Source: a virus (taxonomy: Duplodnaviria; Caudoviricetes). From it: a DNA stretch of 64,000 nucleotides. Positions 53,242 through 64,000 of the stretch are shown here, one piece after another. Positions within the stretch are counted from its first letter, which is position 1. Each line of letters starts with the position of its first letter. The notes below the pieces were generated by a model that saw only the letters and a program-made list of their open reading frames with translations, was not told the origin of the DNA and did no database searches. Both the position numbers and the translations under genes were made by a program. The DNA lies in IMG/VR virus record IMGVR_UViG_3300029305_006500, one strand, 5' to 3'.

Positions 53242-54116
53242 TGGGCGGCGGATCTTGGACAACTTCTTCTTTTGCTTCTTATTCAACTAGCGTTGGCAGA
53301 AGTTATGATGTGAATACTTGCTCTTTTGATAAGAGCTATTCGTCACAGGAGATGTTTAAGCAGAGTATGCTTCATGAGCAGCTTAAGCCTTATAATGTTC
53401 TCCGCGAGTGCGTAGATACTGAAGAGCACCCTAATACTATTCCAGTTATTTTTGGTCTAGATGTAACTGGGTCTATGGGCGATGCGGCAGTTAAATGTGC
53501 GACTGCTATTGATAAGATTATGTCTGAATTGTTTGGAAAGTATAAGGACATTGAGTTTTGCATTATGGGCATTGGAGATCTCGCTTGTGATGATTCACCT
53601 ATTCAGATTTCCCAGTTTGAATCAGATGTGCGTATTGCGGAGTGGATGGATAAAGTTTACTTCGAGTACGGTGGTGGTGGTAATAGTTATGAGTCCTATA
53701 CTGCTGCATGGTACATGGGGTCGAGACACTGTGATCTAGACTGCTGGAAGCGTGGTAAGAAGGGTATTATTATTACGCTGGGCGACGAGCAGCTAAATCC
53801 TTATTTGCCACAGCATAGGTTGCAGGAAGTAACCGGTGATGGTATACAAGCACATATTGAAACTAAAGATCTTTATGAAGAGGCGTCTGAGAAATTTGAA
53901 ATTTTCCATATTGATGTAGATCATCGTTGGAATCATGATACTCAGATTGTGCCTTCTTGGACAAAATATTTGGATAATGAGCATTTTAAAACTGTAAAGC
54001 TCGATAATGTAACAGATACTATTGTAGAGATGATTTCCAGCGTTTTGGATAAGGCATCAGAAGCTACAGGTACTACAAATGTGCAGCTTAATGAAAACGG
54101 AGAGGTAGTTTGGTAA
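53241..54116 (+). CDS. vWA-domain protein
   Basis: MIDAS DVTGSM, GGGGN..ESY, ITLGDE. Confidence 0.8.
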   Translation: MGGGSWTTSSFASYSTSVGRSYDVNTCSFDKSYSSQEMFKQSMLHEQLKPYNVLRECVDTEEHPNTIPVIFGLDVTGSMGDAAVKCATAIDKIMSELFGKYKDIEFCIMGIGDLACDDSPIQISQFESDVRIAEWMDKVYFEYGGGGNSYESYTAAWYMGSRHCDLDCWKRGKKGIIITLGDEQLNPYLPQHRLQEVTGDGIQAHIETKDLYEEASEKFEIFHIDVDHRWNHDTQIVPSWTKYLDNEHFKTVKLDNVTDTIVEMISSVLDKASEATGTTNVQLNENGEVVW

Positions 54117-54117
54117 T

Positions 54118-55323
54118 ATGACAAACATAAAGGTAGTAATGGGGGCATCTTTTGGAGATGAAGGTAAAGGTTTGATGTCAGATTATTTTTGTCATCAAGC
54201 AGTTTCTAAAGGAGAGGATTGTGTAGTAGTACTTTCTAATGGTGGTGCTCAGAGAGGACATACTGTAACTCTTGCAGATGGGACTCAACATGTATTCCAT
54301 CATTTTGGGTCAGGTACTTTTACTGGTGCGCGTACTTATTGTATTAGTGACTATATCCTTAACCCCATGACCTTTGTGAAGGAGTATCAAGAACTTGCTC
54401 AGCTTGGATATAGACTAAGCGATATGATCATAGAAAGCCGCTGCCGTTGGTCTACCCCATTTGATATGATTACAAATCAAATTCTTGAAGCCTCTCGTGG
54501 AGATGCAAAGCATGGAAGCTGTGGTATGGGCATTTGGGAGACTTCAGTGCGATATCAACGTTTAAAAAATCAGCCTACATTGGAAGAGTTTGATCTTTGG
54601 CCTAGAGATAAGAAGCTAGAATTTCTGAATGATTGTAGAACTTTTATGATTACAAGACTTGCTGAGGAAGGTGTATCTTATATTCCGGATGAGTGGTATG
54701 AAATTGTACATTCTGAAACTCTGCTCCAGCATTTTATAGATGATGTGCGGTTTATGATAAAGCATACGATACCTGCTTTTTTAGTTCCACTTACAAGCTT
54801 TAAAAATATTGTATTTGAAAATGGACAAGGCTTGTTACTTGACCAAGATCTTACTTTTTATGGAAATAATACTACACCGAGTGCCACAGGTTCTACAAAT
54901 GCTATTAAAACTATTAATAAATACTTTAGTAGGCCTTCTGATGAACTTGCTATAGAAATGTGTTATGTGTCTAGAACTTATATGACTAGACATGGGGTAG
55001 GTCGTTTTGAAACTGAGTGCAAAAAAGAGCTTTTGAATAAGGATATGTTTGATGAGACTAACGTTACCAATCCTTTTCAAGATAATTTACGTTATGGAGA
55101 GCTTATTTTGCCTAATCTTGTTACAAGGGTGTCACAGGATTTTAGTCGTGCCTGTGATCTACTTGTGAATAAAAAACATGCTTCTTTAGTTGCTAATGTA
55201 GCAATGACGCATACAAATGAATATGAAGTAGATTATGCAAGAATTAGAGATAAGCTAATTAGTAATATCTATACTTCTAATACTAGAACAAGAGATTCTG
55301 TAAAGTTATTTACCGAATTTTAA
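54118..55323 (+). CDS. Divergent adenylosuccinate-synthetase-like protein
   Basis: GASFGDEGKG, NGGAQRGHTV, HGSCGMG, FENGQGLLLD, TPS.TG, R.Y.TRHG.G. Confidence 0.85.
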   Translation: MTNIKVVMGASFGDEGKGLMSDYFCHQAVSKGEDCVVVLSNGGAQRGHTVTLADGTQHVFHHFGSGTFTGARTYCISDYILNPMTFVKEYQELAQLGYRLSDMIIESRCRWSTPFDMITNQILEASRGDAKHGSCGMGIWETSVRYQRLKNQPTLEEFDLWPRDKKLEFLNDCRTFMITRLAEEGVSYIPDEWYEIVHSETLLQHFIDDVRFMIKHTIPAFLVPLTSFKNIVFENGQGLLLDQDLTFYGNNTTPSATGSTNAIKTINKYFSRPSDELAIEMCYVSRTYMTRHGVGRFETECKKELLNKDMFDETNVTNPFQDNLRYGELILPNLVTRVSQDFSRACDLLVNKKHASLVANVAMTHTNEYEVDYARIRDKLISNIYTSNTRTRDSVKLFTEF

Positions 55324-56005
55324 TTTAGGAGGCTTTAATGAGTACATTTGTAAGAGAGAAAGTTTTAAGGATTCCTTATGAAAATACAGGTTGGCAGCAT
55401 AGGTTTTCAGACCCAGAGGCTGCTAAAGAATACTGCGAAGCAAATTTTAGTAATTTATTTGGCCATGGTAAGGTAGGTAAATTTCAGTTTTCACCCACTG
55501 AAAGAACTTTTATTGATTTTGTAATTGATCGAGAATATGATGCAGATGGTGGGGAATGGGGTAAGGTACGTGAGCTCTATCAGACTGAATTTAATACATT
55601 TGCTAGGTTGTTTGCACAGATTATGCCTGCTGCAGAGTTTTCTGCTATTAGAGTTGTGGAGTTTTGCTGGTATAACTGTACAGAGGCAGACGATTATTAT
55701 GAGTATGATGAGGATCCTTTTTACCGAGAGATTATACTATGAATATTCTATATTATGATCAATCTGCACCAAAAGATAAACTTTTTGAGGCTGTAAAAAT
55801 TCTCAGAGAGATTTTGGCTTCAGAGTTAATAGTGCTGCCTAAAGACTATGAATTAATTCTTGATTGCCCACTTAGTCGCTTACTTGAAATAAGAGGATTG
55901 CTTGACAAGGCTATTAAGGAGCTTGAAGAGAAAAATTGCTGAGATAGCAATTTTTCTCTTTCTTTTTATTGTATATTATAATAGATTTAAATCGGAGGTT
56001 TTATT

Positions 56006-56710
56006 ATGGTTTATGTTACGGGAGATATACATGGAAACCCGGAGTACCTGATTTATAAAGCGCAATCGCTAGGCTTAAATAGAGACGACATCTTAGTTAT
56101 TTTAGGGGATGTTGGTGCTAATTATTATCTGAATAAAAAAGATGATAGACTAAAAGAAGCGCTGGATAAATATATTGAGGCTACCATTCTTTGTATTCAT
56201 GGAAATCATGAGGAACGCCCTTGGAACGTGGAAGGCTATTATATGGAAACCTGGAATAATGGTCTTATTTGGAAGCAGAAACAGTTTCCTAAACTTTTAT
56301 TTGCTTGCGATGGCAGTGTTTTTGATCTAGATGGGATCAGTTGTCTGGTGCTTGGTGGAGCTTATAGCGTAGATAAGTATTATCGTTTACAATCTGGCTA
56401 TGCATGGTTCCCTGAGGAGCAGCCGTCAGATGAAATCAAAGAAGTAGTAGATTTACAGCTTAATAATATTAATTATAAAGTAGATGCCGTATTTTCACAT
56501 ACTTGTCCATTTAAGTATGAGCCAATTGAGGAATTTATTTCTTGTATAGATCAATCTACGGTGGATGATAGCACAGAGCGTTGGCTTGACGAAATTGAAG
56601 ATAAACTTGAGTATAAAGCTTGGTTTTGTGGGCACTGGCACACGAATAAGCATATAGATAAAATGCACTTCTTATTTGGGGATTGGGAGCTTTTGGAGGA
56701 TATAAGATGA
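56006..56710 (+). CDS. Calcineurin-like metallophosphoesterase
   Basis: GDIHG, LGD.G, GNHE, GGAYSVD, SHTCP, GHWH. Confidence 0.9.
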   Translation: MVYVTGDIHGNPEYLIYKAQSLGLNRDDILVILGDVGANYYLNKKDDRLKEALDKYIEATILCIHGNHEERPWNVEGYYMETWNNGLIWKQKQFPKLLFACDGSVFDLDGISCLVLGGAYSVDKYYRLQSGYAWFPEEQPSDEIKEVVDLQLNNINYKVDAVFSHTCPFKYEPIEEFISCIDQSTVDDSTERWLDEIEDKLEYKAWFCGHWHTNKHIDKMHFLFGDWELLEDIR

Positions 56711-57633
56711 ATGAAATGTATAATGTAATTGCGGATGTTGATGAACTTAAATGGTTTTTCGATAATGTTTTAGCTAAACCTGCCATACATGAATCTTATG
56801 CAGCAGTTTTTTGTGCACGTTATAAAAAACTTACTGAGTCAGAACGTGCTGAGGTTGGTATTTCCAAGCGAGATGCAGAATTTATGGCTACTCTGACATT
56901 TCGTGTTCGCAAATTTCATAATGCTTTAGATTTTGAGAAAGATGATGGTTGGAATTTTAATAATTTTATAAAATATCTTAAGCGTTTTAACGTGGATAAG
57001 GGTGCTTATTTGACAACTGGTGGCTATCCTCTACCTGAGAAATGTCTTGCTACTATTTTTTATGTTAATCCTTGTGATGAAATTAAAGTAGCAGATGAGG
57101 TAATGCGAAAGCTTGAGGAGACTAAAACTGCTATAGTGAAAGCAATGCTTAATGGCAAGACTCTTGATGATAATATGCAATCCTATCAGGCATTCAGTAA
57201 TATTGAGAGAAATGTAAAACATGCTAGGGCACATTGTAAAGGATCCATTTTTTGGCTCGACTTTGATCTAGATGTGCCTCCATGGTTTAAAGACCAGTCG
57301 AATGATTATTATAATCAGATGCTAAATTGTTTAAACCAAAGATTTGGTCTAGGTAACTATTTAATTATTGATACGTCTGGTGGCTATCATGTGCTTGTTA
57401 AAACTAAATATATACACGAAGATCCTCATAATTTTTGTAAGGATATGCAAGGCCTGTATTGGAGAGCTATTACAGAGGACGGTTGCATGCCTTATATTGA
57501 TGAAAAAGGAACTGAAAAATTTGAGTGTATTGTAAATGACTCGCAAATTCCTGGTATTCCAATGCCTGGTACCTACCAGTATGGCCGGCCAGTAATTATA
57601 TTGAATAAAGAAAATTTTGTGCCTATAGGCTAA
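56707..57633 (+). CDS. Putative archaeo-eukaryotic primase (AEP)-superfamily protein
   Basis: hDhDhD (LDFDLD), T.GGYH, later D...P.PGT. Confidence 0.45.
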   Translation: MNEMYNVIADVDELKWFFDNVLAKPAIHESYAAVFCARYKKLTESERAEVGISKRDAEFMATLTFRVRKFHNALDFEKDDGWNFNNFIKYLKRFNVDKGAYLTTGGYPLPEKCLATIFYVNPCDEIKVADEVMRKLEETKTAIVKAMLNGKTLDDNMQSYQAFSNIERNVKHARAHCKGSIFWLDFDLDVPPWFKDQSNDYYNQMLNCLNQRFGLGNYLIIDTSGGYHVLVKTKYIHEDPHNFCKDMQGLYWRAITEDGCMPYIDEKGTEKFECIVNDSQIPGIPMPGTYQYGRPVIILNKENFVPIG

Positions 57634-60600
57634 ATAGTATATTATGGTGTTGTATATTATAATGTAAATAAAATTTAATTATTTTAGGAGAGAATTAAAA
57701 TGAGAAATTATGAAACTTCCGTGTATGAGTACACCAATAAGAAGGGATTGAAGGTCATTAAGGCAGTAACACAGTATGCAGGTAAGTACGTATTTGCTAC
57801 TGCAACTTTGTGCCCTGGAGATGAGTATGACTATGAACTCGGTCGAAAGATTGCGGAAAAACGCCTTGACTATAAGATTGCTCAGAAGCGTGCCTCAAGT
57901 ATGAACCACCGAGCTAAGATGTACGCGCAGACCATTGAAGAGTATAAGACTCAGATTCGTGTAATGGAAAAAGAAATGGAAAAAGCTTTGGTTGCAGAAG
58001 GAAATCGTAGAGCAGAAGCAGCTGAGCTGAGCGCCGAGATTTTTACGCTTATTCACGGAATTTAATGAAGAAAGAAGTTTGGGTATGCTTGGTACATACT
58101 AACGGAAAGCCGTCAGTAATTAGCTCTGACGGCTATTCTTCTCTAAGTAAAGCTCAAGATGCTTTATGCCTAAGACTCTGTAACGAAGGCTATTGGCAAG
58201 ATGAGTTTAATTATGTACAGCAAAATGGCTTAAAACATTATGAACTTAAATGTATTACTTTGGAGGCTTAATAATGGAAGAAAAGCTTTTTAGCAGAACG
58301 TGCCCGAAGTGTGGAGCAATTTGCTCTGAGACACAGATTGCTAAAGTAAATTTAGGTCCTGGGGCACAAGTTAATATGTGTTGTGAGAGCGGCCATAAGT
58401 GGACTGAGTTTTATAGCTTGACTTATCAAGGTTTTTGGTGGGATGGTAAAATGTATAATTCTTTTGGAGAGGAAAAGAATGACTGATCAGGAAGTAATCG
58501 ATCGTTTTGTGACTAAGATTAAAGCTTATTATAGTGCTCCAAGATATACTGATCGTAGAGAGCCTCCACATACTCTTGTGTCCCATTTGTTTTGGGTGCT
58601 AGATAAGTTAGCCAAAGAAGATATTATAAATGAAGAAGTAGACCTTAGGCCAAGAACTCCAGCAGACTATGATAAGTTTATGGAAGAGTTTAATTCATGT
58701 TATAAATAATAGGAGGATTTCATGTACGACGATTTTTTTGATTATAATGAACCAAGCACTGGCGATTTGGTATATGAAGAGATTAAGAAAGTTTTACTTG
58801 GTACTGTAAAGCAAGAATTTCTTGATGAGCTTGAAAAGCTTAGAAAAGAAAATGAAGAGCTTCGACCTTATAAATATGAGCGTGATCGTATGAGAGCGGA
58901 GCTTAATACTGTACGGCGAGATTGTGAACGTCGTATTGAAGCAGCTGAGGATAATGCTAAAAGACTTACTCTTGAAGAGTTGTTTGGTGAATGCATTATT
59001 GAAGCTTGGAAAGTAGGACGTCGTAAGGTTTATGTTCCTAAGTGTGATAAATGTGATGATGAGCGCAAAGTTCATTTTATGTCACCAAGAGGCAAGGAAT
59101 TAACAGAGCCTTGTGAGTGTGATAAGTATAGAACAGTCTTTGAGCCCGTACCTGCCTTGCTGACGAGGTTTAAGATTTATCCTAAATTTCCTATTGTAAA
59201 TCAATTTAGAGATTCTACTTTTGATAAGCCAGTTTATTATTGGTATACTACTCGCTGTGATAACATTACTAATGAATGTGAGTTTCAGATTTCTGATTTT
59301 TCTGATGTAGGAACTAGTCGGACAGTAGATAACCTACCTTTCAAAGACCTTAATGAATGGTATAGCGTATTTCATAGCAAGGAATGCTGTCAAGAGTTTT
59401 GTGATTATTTGGCTAAAAAGGAAGCAGAGAAAACTGTATAATAAAAAGAGAGGTATTTGGGATGAACCCAATATAATAGGAGTTATAGTGTAAGATGATT
59501 TTAAGAATTACTGTTGGAGATAACGATTTTACTCAAGAGCTTGAACAGTTTGCTAATGATCCTGAAGGCTCTGCTTACTTATTAAAAGCCTGTAAGCTTG
59601 AGAATAAAGAGCTTACACAAGATGAAAAGATTGAATTATTTAAACGTGCAGATAGATTTAGAGACTTATTTTACATGACAGATAAGTACACTCCTGAACT
59701 TGCTAAAGAGCTTTGTGACATGCTGCAGCAAAATTGGGAGAACTTTGTAAATTATATTATGTGTGATCATGACTATTGGGATGAAGAGGATAAAGTCAGA
59801 ATTCGCAAGTATCTTATTCGTGATTTTAAAGTAAAGTTCCAAAAGAGTCTTACCCCAAAAGATGAAAATGGTGAGGTAGTATATATTTGTTGTGGATATC
59901 ATAGAAGGTGGTGGACATTTTAATGAAAAATATAACACCTGAATTTACTTGGAAAGTAAAACTTTTTGATGTAAATAGCCATAAGATTATTGATTATGAT
60001 ATTTTAGAATACCGAGAAGAAAAAATTAAAAAATTTAAAAAAACGTATAAAACTTTTGAAGCTTTTGCAGATGCTCTTCAGAGAGACCTAATGCATCAGT
60101 TTTGGTCTAGATCTGAATACGAGCTTTTGATAGGCTATGAGGACAGTATGCTTTGCTTATGGCCTTGGATCTTTGAAGCAGATCGATATATTATTCCAAA
60201 AGACCCCGATTTTGATTGGACAGCTTTTGCAGCAGAATTTTTAAGTACAAAAGCTTGGTATGACGGAAAAGCAAAGATTGATGTTTGGGATCAAATTAAT
60301 TTTAGATTTGGTGAGTTTGCAAGATTTTGTTGGCATTTTCGACATAAATATCAAAGGAGTGCTAAACAGTGAGTTGTAGATTTTGTGAAAACAATAGAAC
60401 AAATCCTGAATGGGAGCTTGACGAAGAACAAGTATTTTATGCCATGACAGTTGGCATGACTGAAGATGGCTACAGAATTATGTATAACAAAAAACCCTAT
60501 AGACCACTTGAACTAATTTTTGAGAAGTGGAACAGTAAACTTAGCCCTACAGTTTGGCAGACTATGGGAGTTTATTATCCTAAGTATTGTCCTGAGTGTG

Positions 60601-63239
60601 GAAGAAAAATTGATGAGTATGATAGGAGCAAGTTTGACAACTATGGCTAATACACTTGTTAAAGAAATTGGAGAGTTTTTAGATAATTCTCTTGGCAGTG
60701 GCTATTATTGTGAGGAGCGCTCTAAAATTGATGAGTGGGCACTTGCTGAGCGCCTTAAACGAAAAGGTTATTGCCAGGATCCTTATTTAGTCTATGAAAA
60801 AGCGCTTTGTTGCCCAATTAATAGACGAAGAGAAAAAGAATGTAAAGTATGTTCCTGTGAGAGTATCGCTTTTTGTAGAATTTTGCGGAGAGAGGGATAT
60901 ATAGCTTGACGGAAAATATTTTACAAATGTTTATTATGACTTGCTGTAGAACTTGTTCAAGAACTCCTTGTGCAGGGGCATTAAGTTATACTTCAAGAGA
61001 ACGTTGTAGCTTATATAATAAGTGGAAAAAATTATCTCAGGAGAAGCAAGCACTCCTTTTTATGAAAGCTGCTGCAGAAGAAACTATATTTTTAGAGGAT
61101 TTGATAGATGACTAATTTTACTAGCGGATATATTACACAGTGTGGGCCTTGGATTCCTTGTTTAAAGCAAGGAGAATCTGTTTATACCTTTACTCCTGAA
61201 GAATTGAGTGAGCTCTTAAATAAAGCTTTTAGCGATGGTTATCAATATGCAAAGAGTATCTATGATATGCCTAATGTTACTACGGTATCATCCTCATGGG
61301 ATGTAGCAAAGGAGACAGAACATGGAACGAATTGAAATTCCTGCCGAAGTTTATTTTGTAGCTCGTGATAAGAAAAAGTTTTTAAATGAAGCTGAGTGTA
61401 CAAGGTATGAATATCTTCTAGATAAGTACATGGATCTTGCTCGTCATAGAGTCATCCAGGATGGTGAGGGACATGCACAACATTTCTTTTATATAAGTAA
61501 GGAAGAAATTTCTGAGCTAGGTGATTGGAGCTGGCACTTTTTAGGTTACAGACCTTGGTTTAGAGATGGCACTTATCATAAATGGGATTCTTTTGAAAAA
61601 GGCTGGGTTTGGCTTCCTTGGGAAGAGCAATACTCGGAAGGACCCACGCCTGAGCTTGGCACAATTGATGAATTTCTTGAGCTTCAGAAAGAAACTATAA
61701 AGTCCTATCAAGATACTATTGAAGCAGTAGAGTTGCTTAAGCAGTTTTATAAGTGAGGAGCAGATATGTCCACTGAAATTATAAAATTTTTGAAGGCAAA
61801 AAGTCATGAAGACTTAAGGAGTCATTTAAATGCTATTTATGATTATATAATTAAGGTCGAAGAAGAGCGCGATAAGGCTAAAGAACAGGTACAGCTTTGG
61901 AATAAAGATGAAGAGATTCAAAAGCTTAAAACTGAAAATGAAACATTAAGACGTAGAGAATATACTTCTTTCGTTATAACCCCGGAAGAAAGAGAATTTA
62001 TTAATAATTGGAAAGCAGCACACATAGAGGAAAGTCCTAGTTGTGGTGAGTATAAAGGTGCAATAGGTGGCAACTGGTCTTATGAATTTATTCCAACCAG
62101 TATTGGTGATATAGGTGTTATAAAATGTTCTTGTGGAGCGGAAGTTATTTTTAAGGAGCTTAGCTAATGTTTAAAGAATTGAAACTATATTTTACAAATA
62201 GATCTCGTTACAATCAGTGGCGACGTTATAAAAAAATACAGAAAGCTTATCGTAAAAAGCTTATAAAGCAGGCCAAAGAATTTTGTCCTTGGTCTGGTTG
62301 GTATATGTACAAAATGACGACTACTATGCTTGAATTCTATCATAAAACTTACGCTGCAGGTGACTTGTGTTATAGCGAAGAAGGTAGGATAAAGAAGATC
62401 GCAGCCCAGACTGAAAAAGCATTAGAATTTGCCCATAACCTTGATACTTATGAAGACTTACCTGAAGAAGAGCTTGTGGCGATTGCTGAGAAAGAGCCGG
62501 GATTTAAAAAGTATGTAGAAAAATGGGAAAAGAAATTTGGTACCAAGGCGAATCCAAAGCTTATTTATGGAATTGCTTATGATTACTTTGAGAAAAAATA
62601 TACTACTGGAGTCTATAATACTATAGGAAAGCATATCTGGGAGTGGTGTGATTGATGAAGGATAAGCTTAATAATTTTAAAGTTCCTTATGACGTTAATG
62701 ATGGTCTTTGGGAACTATGTAAATATCAGCATGATCTTATAAAGCAGTATAAAGAATTTATAGAAAAGACTATTCTTGTAAAAATTCTTGAAGATTATGC
62801 ACCTATCTCAAAACGTATTTATGGAGATCCACGTAAATCTGAGTGGTGGGATCAAGAATGCCGAGTACTTGAAGTGAGGATTCCTGAGGCAAGATTTATG
62901 GCTATTCAATCGCCTAATGTACGAAAACAATGGGAAATGCTTAACTGGGATACTCCAGTAGTAAAGCCTGAGATTTATCTTAATTTAATGTATAAAGCAG
63001 CAGAGGAGCAGAAGAAAAATGCTGAAACCGATTAAAACATTTTATGTTGTTGGGTCACCTAATTATACGGAGTATGTAGAAGCTCGTGATATTGCGCAGA
63101 ATGAAAATTGTGTGGTTGAGCTTAGATGGTGTCCTAATATTTTTGCAGGCTGGTATCACGAATATGTATTTGAAGATAGTGATCCAGCAGAGCTTGATGC
63201 AAAGACACCAAAGGTATATGGAGTTTAAGGAGAGATAAG

Positions 63240-64000
63240 GTGGCAAAGTTAATTATTTTAGTAGGACTTCCTGGGTCTGGTAAAAGCTATTATGCAGAGC
63301 AACTTTGGAGTGTAGAGGCGACTTTTACTGAGTCTGCAGTAGTTATCCATTCTTCTGATGCTATAAGAAAAGAGCTTTTTGGCGATGAGGGCTCTCAAGA
63401 GAATAATAGTTTAGTTTTTGAAACGATGCATAAAAGAGTGAAAGAAGATCTTAGAGCAGGTAAAACTGTAATTTATGATGCTACTAATATTACTCGTAAA
63501 TCTCGTAGCGGTGCCATAGCTTTGGCCGATAAAATTAGAGATTTGGTAGAGGTACATATTGTTTGGGCACCTATCAAAACTTGTATAGAGCGTGATGCTC
63601 AGCGAGAGCGCAAAGTGGGCGCAGCAGTGATAGACAAGATGCTTAGACGTTGGCAAAGCCCCTTTCCTACAATCGAGGGCTTTGATGATTTAAAGCTTGT
63701 ATGTACAGATAATACTTTTGACCAGGTAGATTATATAAGTAGAAAAACTGCAGAAATGCACTTACCTCACGATAATCCACATCACACATTAGATATTTAT
63801 CATCATTGTTTAGAGGCTGCCTTACACATTTCTAGTATGGGAGAATCAGTTCCAGATGAGTTAAAAGTTGCCGCTTATTGGCATGATATTGGGAAACCAT
63901 ATACTAAGTTTTATAAGAAAGATAAAGAAACCGGAGAGATAGATTACTCAAAAGCTCATTATTATGATCATCAAAATGTAGGTGCTTATCTTGCCTATGG
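63240..64000 (+). CDS. Polynucleotide kinase (AAA_33) fused to an HD domain; runs off the window end and is not in the ORF track
   Basis: GTG start after AGGAG/AAGG; GLPGSGKS, SSDAIR.EL, YDATN, R..R.V; then DNPHH...H, HDIGK, H..VGAY. Confidence 0.88.
   Translation, partial: MAKLIILVGLPGSGKSYYAEQLWSVEATFTESAVVIHSSDAIRKELFGDEGSQENNSLVFETMHKRVKEDLRAGKTVIYDATNITRKSRSGAIALADKIRDLVEVHIVWAPIKTCIERDAQRERKVGAAVIDKMLRRWQSPFPTIEGFDDLKLVCTDNTFDQVDYISRKTAEMHLPHDNPHHTLDIYHHCLEAALHISSMGESVPDELKVAAYWHDIGKPYTKFYKKDKETGEIDYSKAHYYDHQNVGAYLAY

Noticed and set aside
54118-55323. PurZ / 2-aminoadenine (Z-genome) pathway
   Set aside because: The catalytic Asp in GDEGKG is retained, whereas PurZ has Ser. No supporting evidence beyond a generic HD protein.
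1-64000. Stop-codon reassignment (TAG/TGA recoding)
   Set aside because: Long conserved genes are intact in code 11, and TAG and TGA both terminate genes followed by new RBS/starts. The TAG at 42485 is not fixed by readthrough.

Overview
A 64 kb segment of a large lytic-type bacteriophage genome. It is AT-rich, almost entirely + strand, densely packed with small ORFs, and uses the standard genetic code. Strong AGGAGG RBSs plus AbrB/SpoVT, YodL, HPr-like, 3D-domain and anaerobic RNR genes point to an anaerobic Bacillota/Clostridia-type host (inference). From ~3.2-16 kb is an early-type region driven by nine near-identical sigmaA-like promoters. The rest carries nucleotide-metabolism genes (NrdH-like, nrdD, nrdG, FTR-like, tdk, NT5C, divergent PurA) and an unusually complete RNA end-healing/repair toolkit (RNA ligase, Thg1, Pnk-HD, HAD-SAK, cyclic-phosphate receiver domain, metallophosphoesterase, AEP-like protein). 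The most striking feature is a ~1.27 kb non-coding locus at 46774-48043. It holds five copies of an unrecognised structured RNA motif with visible covariation and variable inserts, a ~300 nt closed multibranch RNA domain, and two tRNA-like RNAs with intact acceptor/T arms but no canonical anticodon loop. Two small promoter-terminator units displaying anti-Shine-Dalgarno sequences were also found. All protein calls are by motif recognition only, and most small ORFs remain hypothetical and are not listed individually.
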